Assembly (NCBI GenBank): GCA_965204725.1
Contig: OZ242005.1
Location: 3,776,001 to 3,840,000 of the forward strand
Source: Candidatus Latescibacterota bacterium
GTDB taxonomy: Bacteria; Latescibacterota; UBA2968; UBA8231
Length of the DNA stretch: 64,000 nt
Direction: 5' to 3'
Below are positions 45,439 through 54,334 of the stretch, one piece after another. A program made the translations under genes and the position numbers. How positions within the stretch are numbered: the stretch's first letter is position 1; the number at the start of each line of letters is the position of its first letter. The notes beneath the pieces were generated by a model that saw only the letters and a list, made by a program, of their open reading frames with translations, searched no databases and was not told the origin of the DNA.

Positions 45439-47181
45439 TCAGGGCTTTCTCAAAGTCATGTCGAGGCTTTGCTCGCCTAAGAGGACATAGTCCGTGCTCA
45501 CAGTGCGGCGGAGGACGACCTCGCCTTGTACCGGTCCCAGATGCCCGGCCGAGCGGTCCGCGCTCAGCACGGCCAACGCCGACGGAGGCAAACCGGGCAA
45601 CTCGCGCCCGTTTACCGTAAAGCCCGATCCAGCGCGAAAGATCTCGACGACCAGCTCGTCGGCCGCACTCGGGCGCTCGAGCAATGCGAGCAAGTCGGCG
45701 GCATTGCGCGGCACAAACGCATCGGGCTGACGTGCAGTTTCCCAACCTGTGCTCGCCACCCCGCTGCCGACGCGCACGACGAAGGGGCCGGGTTCGAGAT
45801 GCGTGGGCAAATCCAACGCCAGACGCTCTGTTACCGGCTCGGCGCGATACGGTTGCAACGTCGCTTGCAGCGAAACCCGCTGCCCGACCTTGGGATCGGG
45901 CGGCGACAGCCGCAGCCCGGTGATGCGAGCTTGGGCTAGGGTTTCGCCGATTTCCAACTCAAAGTGCAGCGAGTCTAACGCCAGCCCGGCGAAGGGGTTG
46001 TTGAGCAGCCTATCAACCGGCTGCACGGCGTCGATCACAGCACTGAGCGGCGCGATTCCGCTGCTGTACATTTGCTCGCGCTCCACCGTGCGACCATCGG
46101 CCAATGCGATGTGGCTACGCACCCGCAGCGTCGCGTCGCCAACGAGCTTTTCCGTTGTTTCAAGCGAGTTGAACAAAACCGAGCGCACGAAGGACGCGCT
46201 TAGCGCGGGGTGGCGCAGCACCTCGCAGCGGAAGGCGCGATTGCCAGCCGCTGACCGCAGGGCCACCCGCACGGGCAGCATGTCCGGCGCGTCGCCCAGC
46301 GTCCCGGCGATCGCCGGAAGGCGGTCTTGGCGCACCGCCCCCAGTGCGCCGGTCGGCGTCCCCAGCTTAAAGGAGGCGGTCTGAATGGGAATGACTTGGT
46401 GGATATAGGCGCCGGTGGCGGGCAGGTTGGTAGCCCCCAGAAAAAACATCGGATGCCCAAAGCCGACGAAGCGGCCAGCGCCGACCCAAGTAAGGGTGCC
46501 GATGGCCGCGGCGCTGTAATCGCCGCGGATTAGCTGCACGGCCAGCGAGGCCCCCGGCGCGATGGACGCCTCTTGGTCGGGCAGTACGCGCCCGGCCGGG
46601 CTGTCCAAAAGCTCGATGCCCGGCGCGTCGAGCGCGTCGCGCAACACCTGCCGCCCCCTCGGACTGAAACCGGCGACCGCTATGGGCATCCCCAGCGGCG
46701 CTAGGGTGCTGACGCCCTCGCCGCCGAGCAGGCGGGTGGTCTCTTCGTCTAGGTCTAAGACTTTTCCGTACTGGTTTGGCGTGGGGTCTTGGCGCGTGGC
46801 TACTTCGAGCATCTGGGCGATGGGGGTGATTCCGCCGATGGGGTCCTTGGAAAAGTACCAGCCGTAGGCGATGGCACCGATGAGCCGCCCATCGATGTAC
46901 ACCGGGCTGCCGCTCATGCCCCTTATCAGGCCCGTGTGCTCCAACGGGCCGCCCGAAAGCCGGGCGAGGATCATGTCCATGCGCGGCCCCAAGGCTCCTT
47001 TTAGCACCCCCAAAACTTCGACTTGGAAGGTGTCGATCGCAGTGCCTTGGAAGGTCGTCAGCCCAAAGCCGCTCATGCCGCGGCGCAACTCGCTGGGCGC
47101 CATGAGCGGTTGTGCGCCGAGCGCGGGAGCAGCCAAGAGCAACGACGCTAGCGCGACTAGTATGGGAAATGAGGTCTGCAC
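45439..47181 (-). CDS. SpoIVB-like peptidase S55 domain protein
   Basis: GMSGSPVYIDGRLIGAI, FGHP. Confidence 0.88.
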   Translation of the reverse strand: MQTSFPILVALASLLLAAPALGAQPLMAPSELRRGMSGFGLTTFQGTAIDTFQVEVLGVLKGALGPRMDMILARLSGGPLEHTGLIRGMSGSPVYIDGRLIGAIAYGWYFSKDPIGGITPIAQMLEVATRQDPTPNQYGKVLDLDEETTRLLGGEGVSTLAPLGMPIAVAGFSPRGRQVLRDALDAPGIELLDSPAGRVLPDQEASIAPGASLAVQLIRGDYSAAAIGTLTWVGAGRFVGFGHPMFFLGATNLPATGAYIHQVIPIQTASFKLGTPTGALGAVRQDRLPAIAGTLGDAPDMLPVRVALRSAAGNRAFRCEVLRHPALSASFVRSVLFNSLETTEKLVGDATLRVRSHIALADGRTVEREQMYSSGIAPLSAVIDAVQPVDRLLNNPFAGLALDSLHFELEIGETLAQARITGLRLSPPDPKVGQRVSLQATLQPYRAEPVTERLALDLPTHLEPGPFVVRVGSGVASTGWETARQPDAFVPRNAADLLALLERPSAADELVVEIFRAGSGFTVNGRELPGLPPSALAVLSADRSAGHLGPVQGEVVLRRTVSTDYVLLGEQSLDMTLRKP

Positions 47182-47397
47182 GACCTTTTGCTTGCCTTTC
47201 CATAGAGAAAAGTACTGAAAAAAGCTATACTTGGGCTAGGGAAAAGTCAAGGTAAGTCGAGTGCTTATAGGCGTTGTAACATTTTGTTTGACAAGGAGTT
47301 GCTTCTCTTGGATTTGTGGGCCAGCCCTTGACAAACGCCGCGCTAGACGCCATTACTTTTGCTCTCGCCACCACCTACGTGCCAATAGGAGAAGATC

Positions 47398-48405
47398 ATG
47401 CTGAATATCGGTTTTATCGGCTGCGGCGGCATCGCCCGCCATCACGCCCAATGCCTGTCCCAAGTCCGGGGAGCGCGCATTTTCGCGGCTGCGGATGTCG
47501 TGGCCGACGCGGCCGCAGGGTTCGCCCGCGACTTCGGAGCCGAGCACCACTTCGCGGACTTTCGCGACCTGCTCGACCTGCCCGCGATCGACGCGGTGTG
47601 GATCTGTACCCCCACCTTCCAGCACCCCGCGCCGGTCATCGCCGCAGCCAAAGCCGGCAAGCACGTCTTCTGCGAGAAGCCCATGGCGCTGAAGGTGGCC
47701 GATGCGCGGCGCATGGCGAATGCTTGCCGCCAAGCCGATGTGCGGCTGACCATTGGCTTTGTGCGCCGCTTTGACGCTCAGTGGGGCAAGCTCAAGGAGA
47801 TCGTCCAATCCGGGGCCGTCGGCACCCCGGTCGTGTGGCGCTTTGCTGCGGGGGGCCGCCCGGGCCGCCCGTGGTTCCGCGATGAGAACAAAGGCGGCGG
47901 TCCGCTGATGGACGGTGCCGTACACAACTACGATTTCGCCTTGCAGATTTTCGGCCCGGCCGCTTCGGCGCAGGCCTCTTCCCTGCAATTCGATCCCACC
48001 AGCGTCGGCGCTGACACCGCCAGCGTCATCATCAACTTTGCCAGCGGCGACCAACACGCCCTGATCTGGTCGTGGGGCGTGACCGCTGGTACCCCCGTGG
48101 CGAGTCTCAACGACGTGATTGGTCCGGCCGGCACCCTGCAATTCGGCATGACCGCCCAGCAGGCCCCGGCGCGCTTCAACCCGCAAAAAAGCGGTGCCTT
48201 TACGCTCAAGACGGGCGAGGGCCGCGAGCGAGTGTACTCCTATCCGCTCAAGGACATGTTCGCCGAACAGGCCAAACACGTGGTCCGGTACTTTGCCAAG
48301 GGCGAACAGCCGCTGGTGACTGGCGACGACGGGATCGCCGCCTTGGAGGTTGCGACGGCTGTGTTGCGGGCAGGGAAGGGGCAGCGGACGGTGAAAATTG
48401 GTTAG
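47398..48405 (+). CDS. Gfo/Idh/MocA oxidoreductase
   Basis: IGCGGIA, GKHVFCEKP, GGPLMDGAVH. Confidence 0.92.
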   Translation: MLNIGFIGCGGIARHHAQCLSQVRGARIFAAADVVADAAAGFARDFGAEHHFADFRDLLDLPAIDAVWICTPTFQHPAPVIAAAKAGKHVFCEKPMALKVADARRMANACRQADVRLTIGFVRRFDAQWGKLKEIVQSGAVGTPVVWRFAAGGRPGRPWFRDENKGGGPLMDGAVHNYDFALQIFGPAASAQASSLQFDPTSVGADTASVIINFASGDQHALIWSWGVTAGTPVASLNDVIGPAGTLQFGMTAQQAPARFNPQKSGAFTLKTGEGRERVYSYPLKDMFAEQAKHVVRYFAKGEQPLVTGDDGIAALEVATAVLRAGKGQRTVKIG

Positions 48406-48407
48406 AA

Positions 48408-49291
48408 ACCAATGGTGCTAGTGTTTTATAATCCGAACTCCGCGATAGACAAGGCGACGAATCCGTTTTCATCGGCTTGTACTCCGTGCCACTGCACCAG
48501 CAGATTGAAGGCGGCCATGGCCAAGCCGAGATGGGCGGTGAAATACGCCCAAGCTCGATGGGTCTGCTGCTTAAATCGGCTGATTCGGGTGAGCATGGAA
48601 AAGACCGTCTCAAGGACCATCCGCTCGCCCCAGGTGTTACGGCGACACACTTTCAGATTGGCCGGATCGCCGGCTTGGGCATGAAAGCCTGGGTCGCTGA
48701 GGACGATCATCTGCTGTTGGAAGCGCCGGATCATCGGATGAAAGACCGTCTCAAGGACATTGGCCGTATTCCAATCCCAATCAACGATCCGGCCCCATTG
48801 ATTGACGATAACGCACAGCTTGCCTCCGACGATCCAGCGGTGATTGGACCGTCCTTTCTTACCGAGGGGGTGCCGCGCCCGCCCCTGACGCACCGGATGG
48901 ATCAACTCGATGCCATAGCTATCGACTACCCCCAACGTCGTCGGCTCCGCGCGGAAGCGGTCGGTCCAATCGGCATGGGTCGTGAACAGGCGAAACAAGC
49001 GGGTGCGCGACACCAAGCGCGGGAACAAGGCCTGCCAATCCCGCACCAGCCAGCGGTAAAATGCCCGTTTGCTGCCGCCTTTGAGCGCATACAACACCCC
49101 TAAGGTTACGACCTCGCTGGGGTATAAAAACGCTTGCGGATGTTTGGGTACGTCCAGCATGTGATTGTCAATGCGATAGAAGAGGGCTATTATAAAATCG
49201 GCTGTGGTCATCGGGACGATCCTCCGTTGAAAGGTGGGACCCCTCAGCGTAGGAACTACCGCGACCACGGTCAACTACTAGCACCATTAGT
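48408..49291 (-). mobile_element. IS982-like insertion sequence
   Basis: Terminal inverted repeats AATGGTGCTAGT (48411-48422) / ACTAGCACCATT (49277-49288) flanking one DDE transposase; family assignment from memory of similar proteins. Confidence 0.8.
48426..49211 (-). CDS. DDE transposase
   Basis: VVDSYGI, LSDPGF, RMVLETVFSML acidic triad; GGAGG RBS. Confidence 0.85.
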   Translation of the reverse strand: MTTADFIIALFYRIDNHMLDVPKHPQAFLYPSEVVTLGVLYALKGGSKRAFYRWLVRDWQALFPRLVSRTRLFRLFTTHADWTDRFRAEPTTLGVVDSYGIELIHPVRQGRARHPLGKKGRSNHRWIVGGKLCVIVNQWGRIVDWDWNTANVLETVFHPMIRRFQQQMIVLSDPGFHAQAGDPANLKVCRRNTWGERMVLETVFSMLTRISRFKQQTHRAWAYFTAHLGLAMAAFNLLVQWHGVQADENGFVALSIAEFGL

Positions 49292-49297
49292 TAGTAG

Positions 49298-49397
49298 TCG
49301 GCTGTGGTCATCGGGACGATCCTCCGTTGAAAGGTGGGACACCCTCAGCGTAGGAACTACCTTGACCACGGTCAACATACTAGCACCATATAGTTAT
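49298..49397. repeat. Tandem ~100-bp near-copy of the IS end (49198-49293)
   Basis: TCGGCTGTGGTCATCGGGACGATCCTCCGTTGAAAGG...ACTAGCACCAT repeated with a few indels/substitutions. Confidence 0.9.
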
Positions 49398-49878
49398 AAG
49401 CCCTTTTTTGGCGGCAAATTTGGTGCCGCCGGTTAGCGGACGAATGAGACATAATGGTTGATCTCTCCATATTAGACGGGGGCCTTGCTGCGAGTGCCCA
49501 GCCCTGTTGGGTGCTTGGAATTATCGTTGATTTAATGTTTCATAAGTCATTGAAAAACAACGACTTACCCCCCCCCCCCCCACAAATTCTTCTCGACCAC
49601 TAAGCACCAAATTCTCCACTTCTCAGCATCGGCCAACCGATCGTGCGAGGCCGTTTGGCGTAGCGAGGGTCTTGCCGCACGGCCCCAAGGCCCTCGCAGT
49701 GCCGGGCGGCCTTCGTCATGTACGCCGGTGCGGCCTAAGGCTAGCCACGCCTCTTTTAGTGCTCCATTACCTTTCCCCCTTACTACACGACACTAGCGGC
49801 CGCCTTCCAAGGATCGAGAGCGGGACGCCCTCGATCCCGGACGCAGCGTCAACATCAGAAAAGGCGGACTCAACGTAA

Positions 49879-52437
49879 GTGTCGCGTATTAAGATTCCAG
49901 TGAACAAACGCACTTGTCGGGCCTTGTCGGTCTTGTTGTCGCTGTTGCTCGCCGCGGCGACGTTTGCCGACGAGGTTGATTGGCCGTACTACGGGGCCGA
50001 TTGGGGCGGCACCCGCTACACTCCGGCGGACCAAATCCACCGCGACAACTTCGATCAGTTGCGCGTGGTCTGGCACTATCGGCCTCGCGATCAGCAGATC
50101 TCGAGACAGCTAGAGCGAGGTGGTCGTTCTCGCCTCCGTTTCAGCAATAACCGGGGTACGCCACTCGCCGTGAATGGGGTGCTCTACTATGGATCGCCCT
50201 TCAACATCCTCTCGGCCATTGACGGCCAAAGCGGCGAGGAGTTGTGGGCTTTCGACCCGGAGGCTTGGCAGAATCGTTCTAGGTTTTTCGGCCGTTCGCG
50301 CGGGGTGAGCTATTGGACTGATGGTGAGGTTCCCCGACCGTACTCCCCCCGCCGCAGACGAAGTTCAGTACGTCCGCCAGCAGCCCGGCCTCGACGAAAG
50401 GTTGAGCGGATCTTTCTGGCTACTTCGACCGCTCATCTGTACTCCATAGACGCCAAGACCGGCATCCCGGACCCAAATTTTGGCGAGGGCGGGCGCGTCG
50501 ATTTGGGGGCCTCGTTGCGTCGGCCACTGAGCGACAGGGATCGCAGGGGCTACGGGGTTACCGCCCCGCCCGTGGTGTGCCGAGACGTGGTCGCCGTTGG
50601 CTCGGCGATCATGAGCGGATGGCTGCAAGATCACGGTGCTCGCCAGATCACCCCCGGCGATGTGCAAGCCTTCGATGTGCGTACCGGCGAGAAGGTGTGG
50701 GAGTTTCACACGATCCCGCAGGAGGGCGAGTACGGCAACGAGACGTGGGAAAACGAGGCGTGGAAGACCTACGGCGCAGCCAATGTCTGGGCGACGATGA
50801 CCGCCGACGAGGAGTTGGGGTATCTCTACCTGCCGGTGAGCACGGCCAGCCACGACTACTACGGCGGCGAGCGTCCCGGCGACAACCTGTTCAGCGAGTC
50901 GGTGGTCTGTCTAGAGGCCGAGACCGGCGAGCGGGTGTGGCACTATCAGTTGGTTCATCACGGTCTGTGGAACTATGACCCGCCAGCGGCCCCCCTGCTG
51001 TTGGACGTGGTCATCAATGGCCAAGCGCGCAAAATTGTCGCCCAGCTTACCAAACAGGCTTTCTGCTTCGTCTTTGACCGCGTCACTGGCGAGCCGATCT
51101 GGCCGATTGTCGAAAAGCCGGTTCCGCAGTCACAGGTAGCGGGGGAACAGACCTCGCCGACGCAGCCTTTTCCGACCAAACCAGCGGCCTTCGAGCGTCA
51201 AGGCATAAGCGAGGCCGACCTGATCGACTTCACGCCTGAGTTGCGCGAGGAAGCTAAGGCCATTCTCGCTAAATACGACTACGGCCCGCTCTACACGCCG
51301 CCGACCGAGAAGGGCGTCTTGTTGGTTCCTAGCCCAGATGGCGGTGCCGATTGGGCAGGCGGCGCGGCCGACCCGCGCACGGGTGTGCTCTATGTGCCGT
51401 CGCACCGTGTCGTCCACAACTTGGTGCTGTGGCCGGTGCGCGACCCGGACGCTTATTCGGCGTTTTCTGCCAGTGCCAGTTGGCGCATCCTCGGCCCTCG
51501 GGGTTTGCCGCTGGTCAAGCCGCCCTACGGCAGCATCACGGCCATTGACCTCAACAGCGGGGAGCATATATGGCGGACGACGGTGGGCAAAGGTCCGGTC
51601 GATCACCCGGCCCTCAAGGACCTCGACCTGCCGGATATGGGCTGGGGCAACCGCACCTTCGTCTTGGCCACGCCGAACCTCCTGTTGGCCACTTCGCAGG
51701 GCCCGCACGGCCTCGCTGATGCTGGCGAGGATTACTTCGTCGATCGCGATGCGTATCTGCGGGCGTACGATTTGGCGTCCGGTGCGGAGATAGGCCGCGT
51801 CGAACTGCCCAGCAACGCCTATGGTGCGCCGATGAGCTATACGGCCGGCGGTCGTCAGTACGTAGTCGTGCCGCTGGGCAACTCTCTAGGCGAGTTCGGT
51901 CGTCCGCCTGAATTGGTCGCCTTGGCCATTCCACGCGATGGCGAGGAACTGCCGCCTCAAGGCCGAGACCGCGGCGACGCTGACCACAAAGCCTATTACG
52001 AGGCGGTAGAAGCCCTTGATGCTGGCGACGTTGAGACCCTTCAGAAGTTGCTCGCCGAGTACCCCGAGCTAACGACGGCTCGCGGCTACTTCGACGAGTA
52101 TTACGAATACCCGTACTTTCGCGGTGCCACGCTCTTGCACCATCTGGCTGGCGAACCACAGCGAGTACCGCTGCCCGCAAACGCGGTTGAACTAGCCGCG
52201 GCTCTGCTCTCAGCCGGTGCCGATCCCAACGCCGCCACTCTTGATTCGGTCGCCGTGCTGGATTTGGTGATGAGAAGTGCCCAGCTTGAATGGGCCAAGA
52301 GCAAGTCCGAAATGGTCCAGCTCTTAGTCTCAGAGGGCGTGGATTTAGATTACTTGGATATGGATACCTCTAAGGCCCTTGACGAGTTGCTCAGAGCGCA
52401 CCATGAAGCCGCCGGAGGGCAGGCGGATGCAGACTAG
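49879..52437 (+). CDS. PQQ-dependent glucose/quinate dehydrogenase-like protein with C-terminal ankyrin-like region
   Basis: WPYYGAD.GGTRY, HHGLWNYD, PTQPFPTKP, GGADWAG, KPPYG, PMSY; GATLLHHLA...LLSAGADPNA. Confidence 0.88.
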   Translation: MSRIKIPVNKRTCRALSVLLSLLLAAATFADEVDWPYYGADWGGTRYTPADQIHRDNFDQLRVVWHYRPRDQQISRQLERGGRSRLRFSNNRGTPLAVNGVLYYGSPFNILSAIDGQSGEELWAFDPEAWQNRSRFFGRSRGVSYWTDGEVPRPYSPRRRRSSVRPPAARPRRKVERIFLATSTAHLYSIDAKTGIPDPNFGEGGRVDLGASLRRPLSDRDRRGYGVTAPPVVCRDVVAVGSAIMSGWLQDHGARQITPGDVQAFDVRTGEKVWEFHTIPQEGEYGNETWENEAWKTYGAANVWATMTADEELGYLYLPVSTASHDYYGGERPGDNLFSESVVCLEAETGERVWHYQLVHHGLWNYDPPAAPLLLDVVINGQARKIVAQLTKQAFCFVFDRVTGEPIWPIVEKPVPQSQVAGEQTSPTQPFPTKPAAFERQGISEADLIDFTPELREEAKAILAKYDYGPLYTPPTEKGVLLVPSPDGGADWAGGAADPRTGVLYVPSHRVVHNLVLWPVRDPDAYSAFSASASWRILGPRGLPLVKPPYGSITAIDLNSGEHIWRTTVGKGPVDHPALKDLDLPDMGWGNRTFVLATPNLLLATSQGPHGLADAGEDYFVDRDAYLRAYDLASGAEIGRVELPSNAYGAPMSYTAGGRQYVVVPLGNSLGEFGRPPELVALAIPRDGEELPPQGRDRGDADHKAYYEAVEALDAGDVETLQKLLAEYPELTTARGYFDEYYEYPYFRGATLLHHLAGEPQRVPLPANAVELAAALLSAGADPNAATLDSVAVLDLVMRSAQLEWAKSKSEMVQLLVSEGVDLDYLDMDTSKALDELLRAHHEAAGGQADAD

Positions 52438-52603
52438 TGCCGCTCCTTCGAGGAAGGGGTGCATAGACGGGCCATGCGAATCGCTGTAGGCCGTGCCCAT
52501 TTCTAAAAGATGGAGCATACGGCACAATGAGAATACCGACGCCCATCATCATCCGCGTCTTAATTGCCTTCGGTCTTCGACGATGTGGGTTATGGATACA
52601 GTT

Positions 52604-53626
52604 CTAGGGCGGTCCGGGCTTATTCGTTGATGGATGAGCCTGTACGCCCGGGAGACGCTCTTTGATGGCGATGGCCAAATCCACTCCGTGGTTTCGTGTG
52701 TTATCCGTGACAACTTTCTTGGCCCTCGTCGCCTTAACGTACTCAAGCGTCTCATTGAAGTCCGCATGATTAGATAACGCCACCCTATAAGCCCGATCCG
52801 AATATGTCATCAGCGGATCATCGGTATTGGCCATGTACGCGCTGCATGTGACGCTTGTTTCGCCGATTAGTTCGTTGCCAAAACCATCTCCCTTTGAATA
52901 CAGTCGAATATAGGCTCGTTCCCTCATGGCAGATTGACCTGAGTCCGAGTCGAGTGCGTATAGGTCCCCGATAGCGGATCCGTAATTTTGATAGACCTTC
53001 ACTTCCCCAATGAGTCGTTCGCTGGCCAGAATCGGAACCCCTACGTTGACCCCGAGTACATGCAACACGCGCTCGATAGTTCCTCTGTGAGCTTTGACAT
53101 GCACAGAACCATGTCGCAGTCGCTCACATACGAGGTTTAACAGACACTCCTCCGCTTCCGCTTGGGTGTAGCGGCGTACGCTTCTGGGGCTCCCATAGGT
53201 GCTGTCCACAACAAGCTCATCGACTTGAATAACCTCATTGAGAGGCCAGCCGAAGTCACTTGAATAGCCGACTCGGAGGCCATCGGGTAATTCCAGCGCG
53301 ACTTGACACGAGCCGAGCATGTGGTTGGAGGGAAGAAGGGATAGCTTCGATCCGTCGTTGAGCACACGCTCGTCGCCTCGATTTACTTGGTGGATGTTGT
53401 CACGGAACTCAAGGTCTGCATTGAGTTCCTCTACCAGAAGTGCATATGTTTCTGGACTCATCAGAAAATCCTGAAAGCCCTTGCTCTTGTCGAATTCGCC
53501 CATGTGGTCATCGTGGATATGTGTCTGGACGCGGAAAGGGTATCCTTCGGCGAAACCATCACACACTACTTTTGACCCGAGGCAGACCGCACCACTCGCA
53601 AGAACGTCAACAATGGGGTCGGGCAT
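52604..53626 (-). CDS. Metallo-beta-lactamase/beta-CASP fold nuclease
   Basis: THIHDDH (HxHxDH), NHMLGS, YSSDF, VDSTYG, SNHAD motifs. Confidence 0.85.
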   Translation of the reverse strand: MPDPIVDVLASGAVCLGSKVVCDGFAEGYPFRVQTHIHDDHMGEFDKSKGFQDFLMSPETYALLVEELNADLEFRDNIHQVNRGDERVLNDGSKLSLLPSNHMLGSCQVALELPDGLRVGYSSDFGWPLNEVIQVDELVVDSTYGSPRSVRRYTQAEAEECLLNLVCERLRHGSVHVKAHRGTIERVLHVLGVNVGVPILASERLIGEVKVYQNYGSAIGDLYALDSDSGQSAMRERAYIRLYSKGDGFGNELIGETSVTCSAYMANTDDPLMTYSDRAYRVALSNHADFNETLEYVKATRAKKVVTDNTRNHGVDLAIAIKERLPGVQAHPSTNKPGPP

Positions 53627-54329
53627 TCTCAACAGTCTCCGAGATGTGGATTCGAAGCCGCGCCTCAATGCTCTCCTTGCCAATGCTCTTCATTGACGCA
53701 TCAAAGCACTCGTTTCCGACTAGTGTGAAGAACCGCTTTCCGAGCCGACCGGATACTCCCTGGAGGTTGAGGAGATTGATACCAGACTCAAGAATCGAAT
53801 CTCTCTCCGTCTGTGTGAGCTCAGTGAGAGCGTCCCCGACATTCTGATCAACAACCGAACCGATGAAGACGTAGCGTCTTTCGATTACTGGCCGCATACC
53901 TAAGATTTCCTTTAGGCATGTGCAAATAGGACGTTTTGAGCGCATTCTGAGTTGAACGACCTGTCGGACCTCCTTTCCATTGAGGCCGTCTGCGAGGATC
54001 GAACTAGCGACGGTACGCTGATCGTCAAGGTCCTGAAGCCGTACCAACTCAATGGCGGACGAAAAGCCGATAGCGTCCTTGCCAGCTCCCCAATCAACTA
54101 GGTGCCGAAGATCGTGAGGTAGGTCGAGAATTCGTAAAAAACGACCTACGCCTGTTCCGTCAATGCGGGCCTCGGTTGCACAGTCCCTAAGAGATGCACC
54201 TGAATCGCGAGCTTTGCGGAAAAGTGATCCCACCTCTATGGGAGAGTACGGGCGCCCCTTCTTGTGTGTCCCGTAACCTATGGACATCCGAAGGCGTGCA
54301 AGTTCTAAGGTGCTCAACCCGGCCAGCAT
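53607..54329 (-). CDS. ParB-like HTH-domain protein lacking the CTPase domain
   Basis: YSPIEVG...GASLRDCA...VGRFLRILDLP...FSSAIEL..LQD...Q...IL.DGLNGKEVR resembles ParB central domain. Confidence 0.65.
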   Translation of the reverse strand: MLAGLSTLELARLRMSIGYGTHKKGRPYSPIEVGSLFRKARDSGASLRDCATEARIDGTGVGRFLRILDLPHDLRHLVDWGAGKDAIGFSSAIELVRLQDLDDQRTVASSILADGLNGKEVRQVVQLRMRSKRPICTCLKEILGMRPVIERRYVFIGSVVDQNVGDALTELTQTERDSILESGINLLNLQGVSGRLGKRFFTLVGNECFDASMKSIGKESIEARLRIHISETVENARPHC

Positions 54330-54334
54330 CGACT

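Noticed and set aside
43404-47181. S55 peptidase plus propeller pair as a novel system
   Set aside because: Host-like composition and, to my knowledge, a commonly seen gene pair; nothing locally unusual.
49404-49432. GGCGGCA...TGCCGCC hairpin as a terminator
   Set aside because: The T-run precedes the stem on + and an A-run follows on -, so it is not canonical in either direction.
52345-52767. Small ORFs downstream of the MBL gene as extra system components
   Set aside because: Short, overlapping real genes, no motifs.
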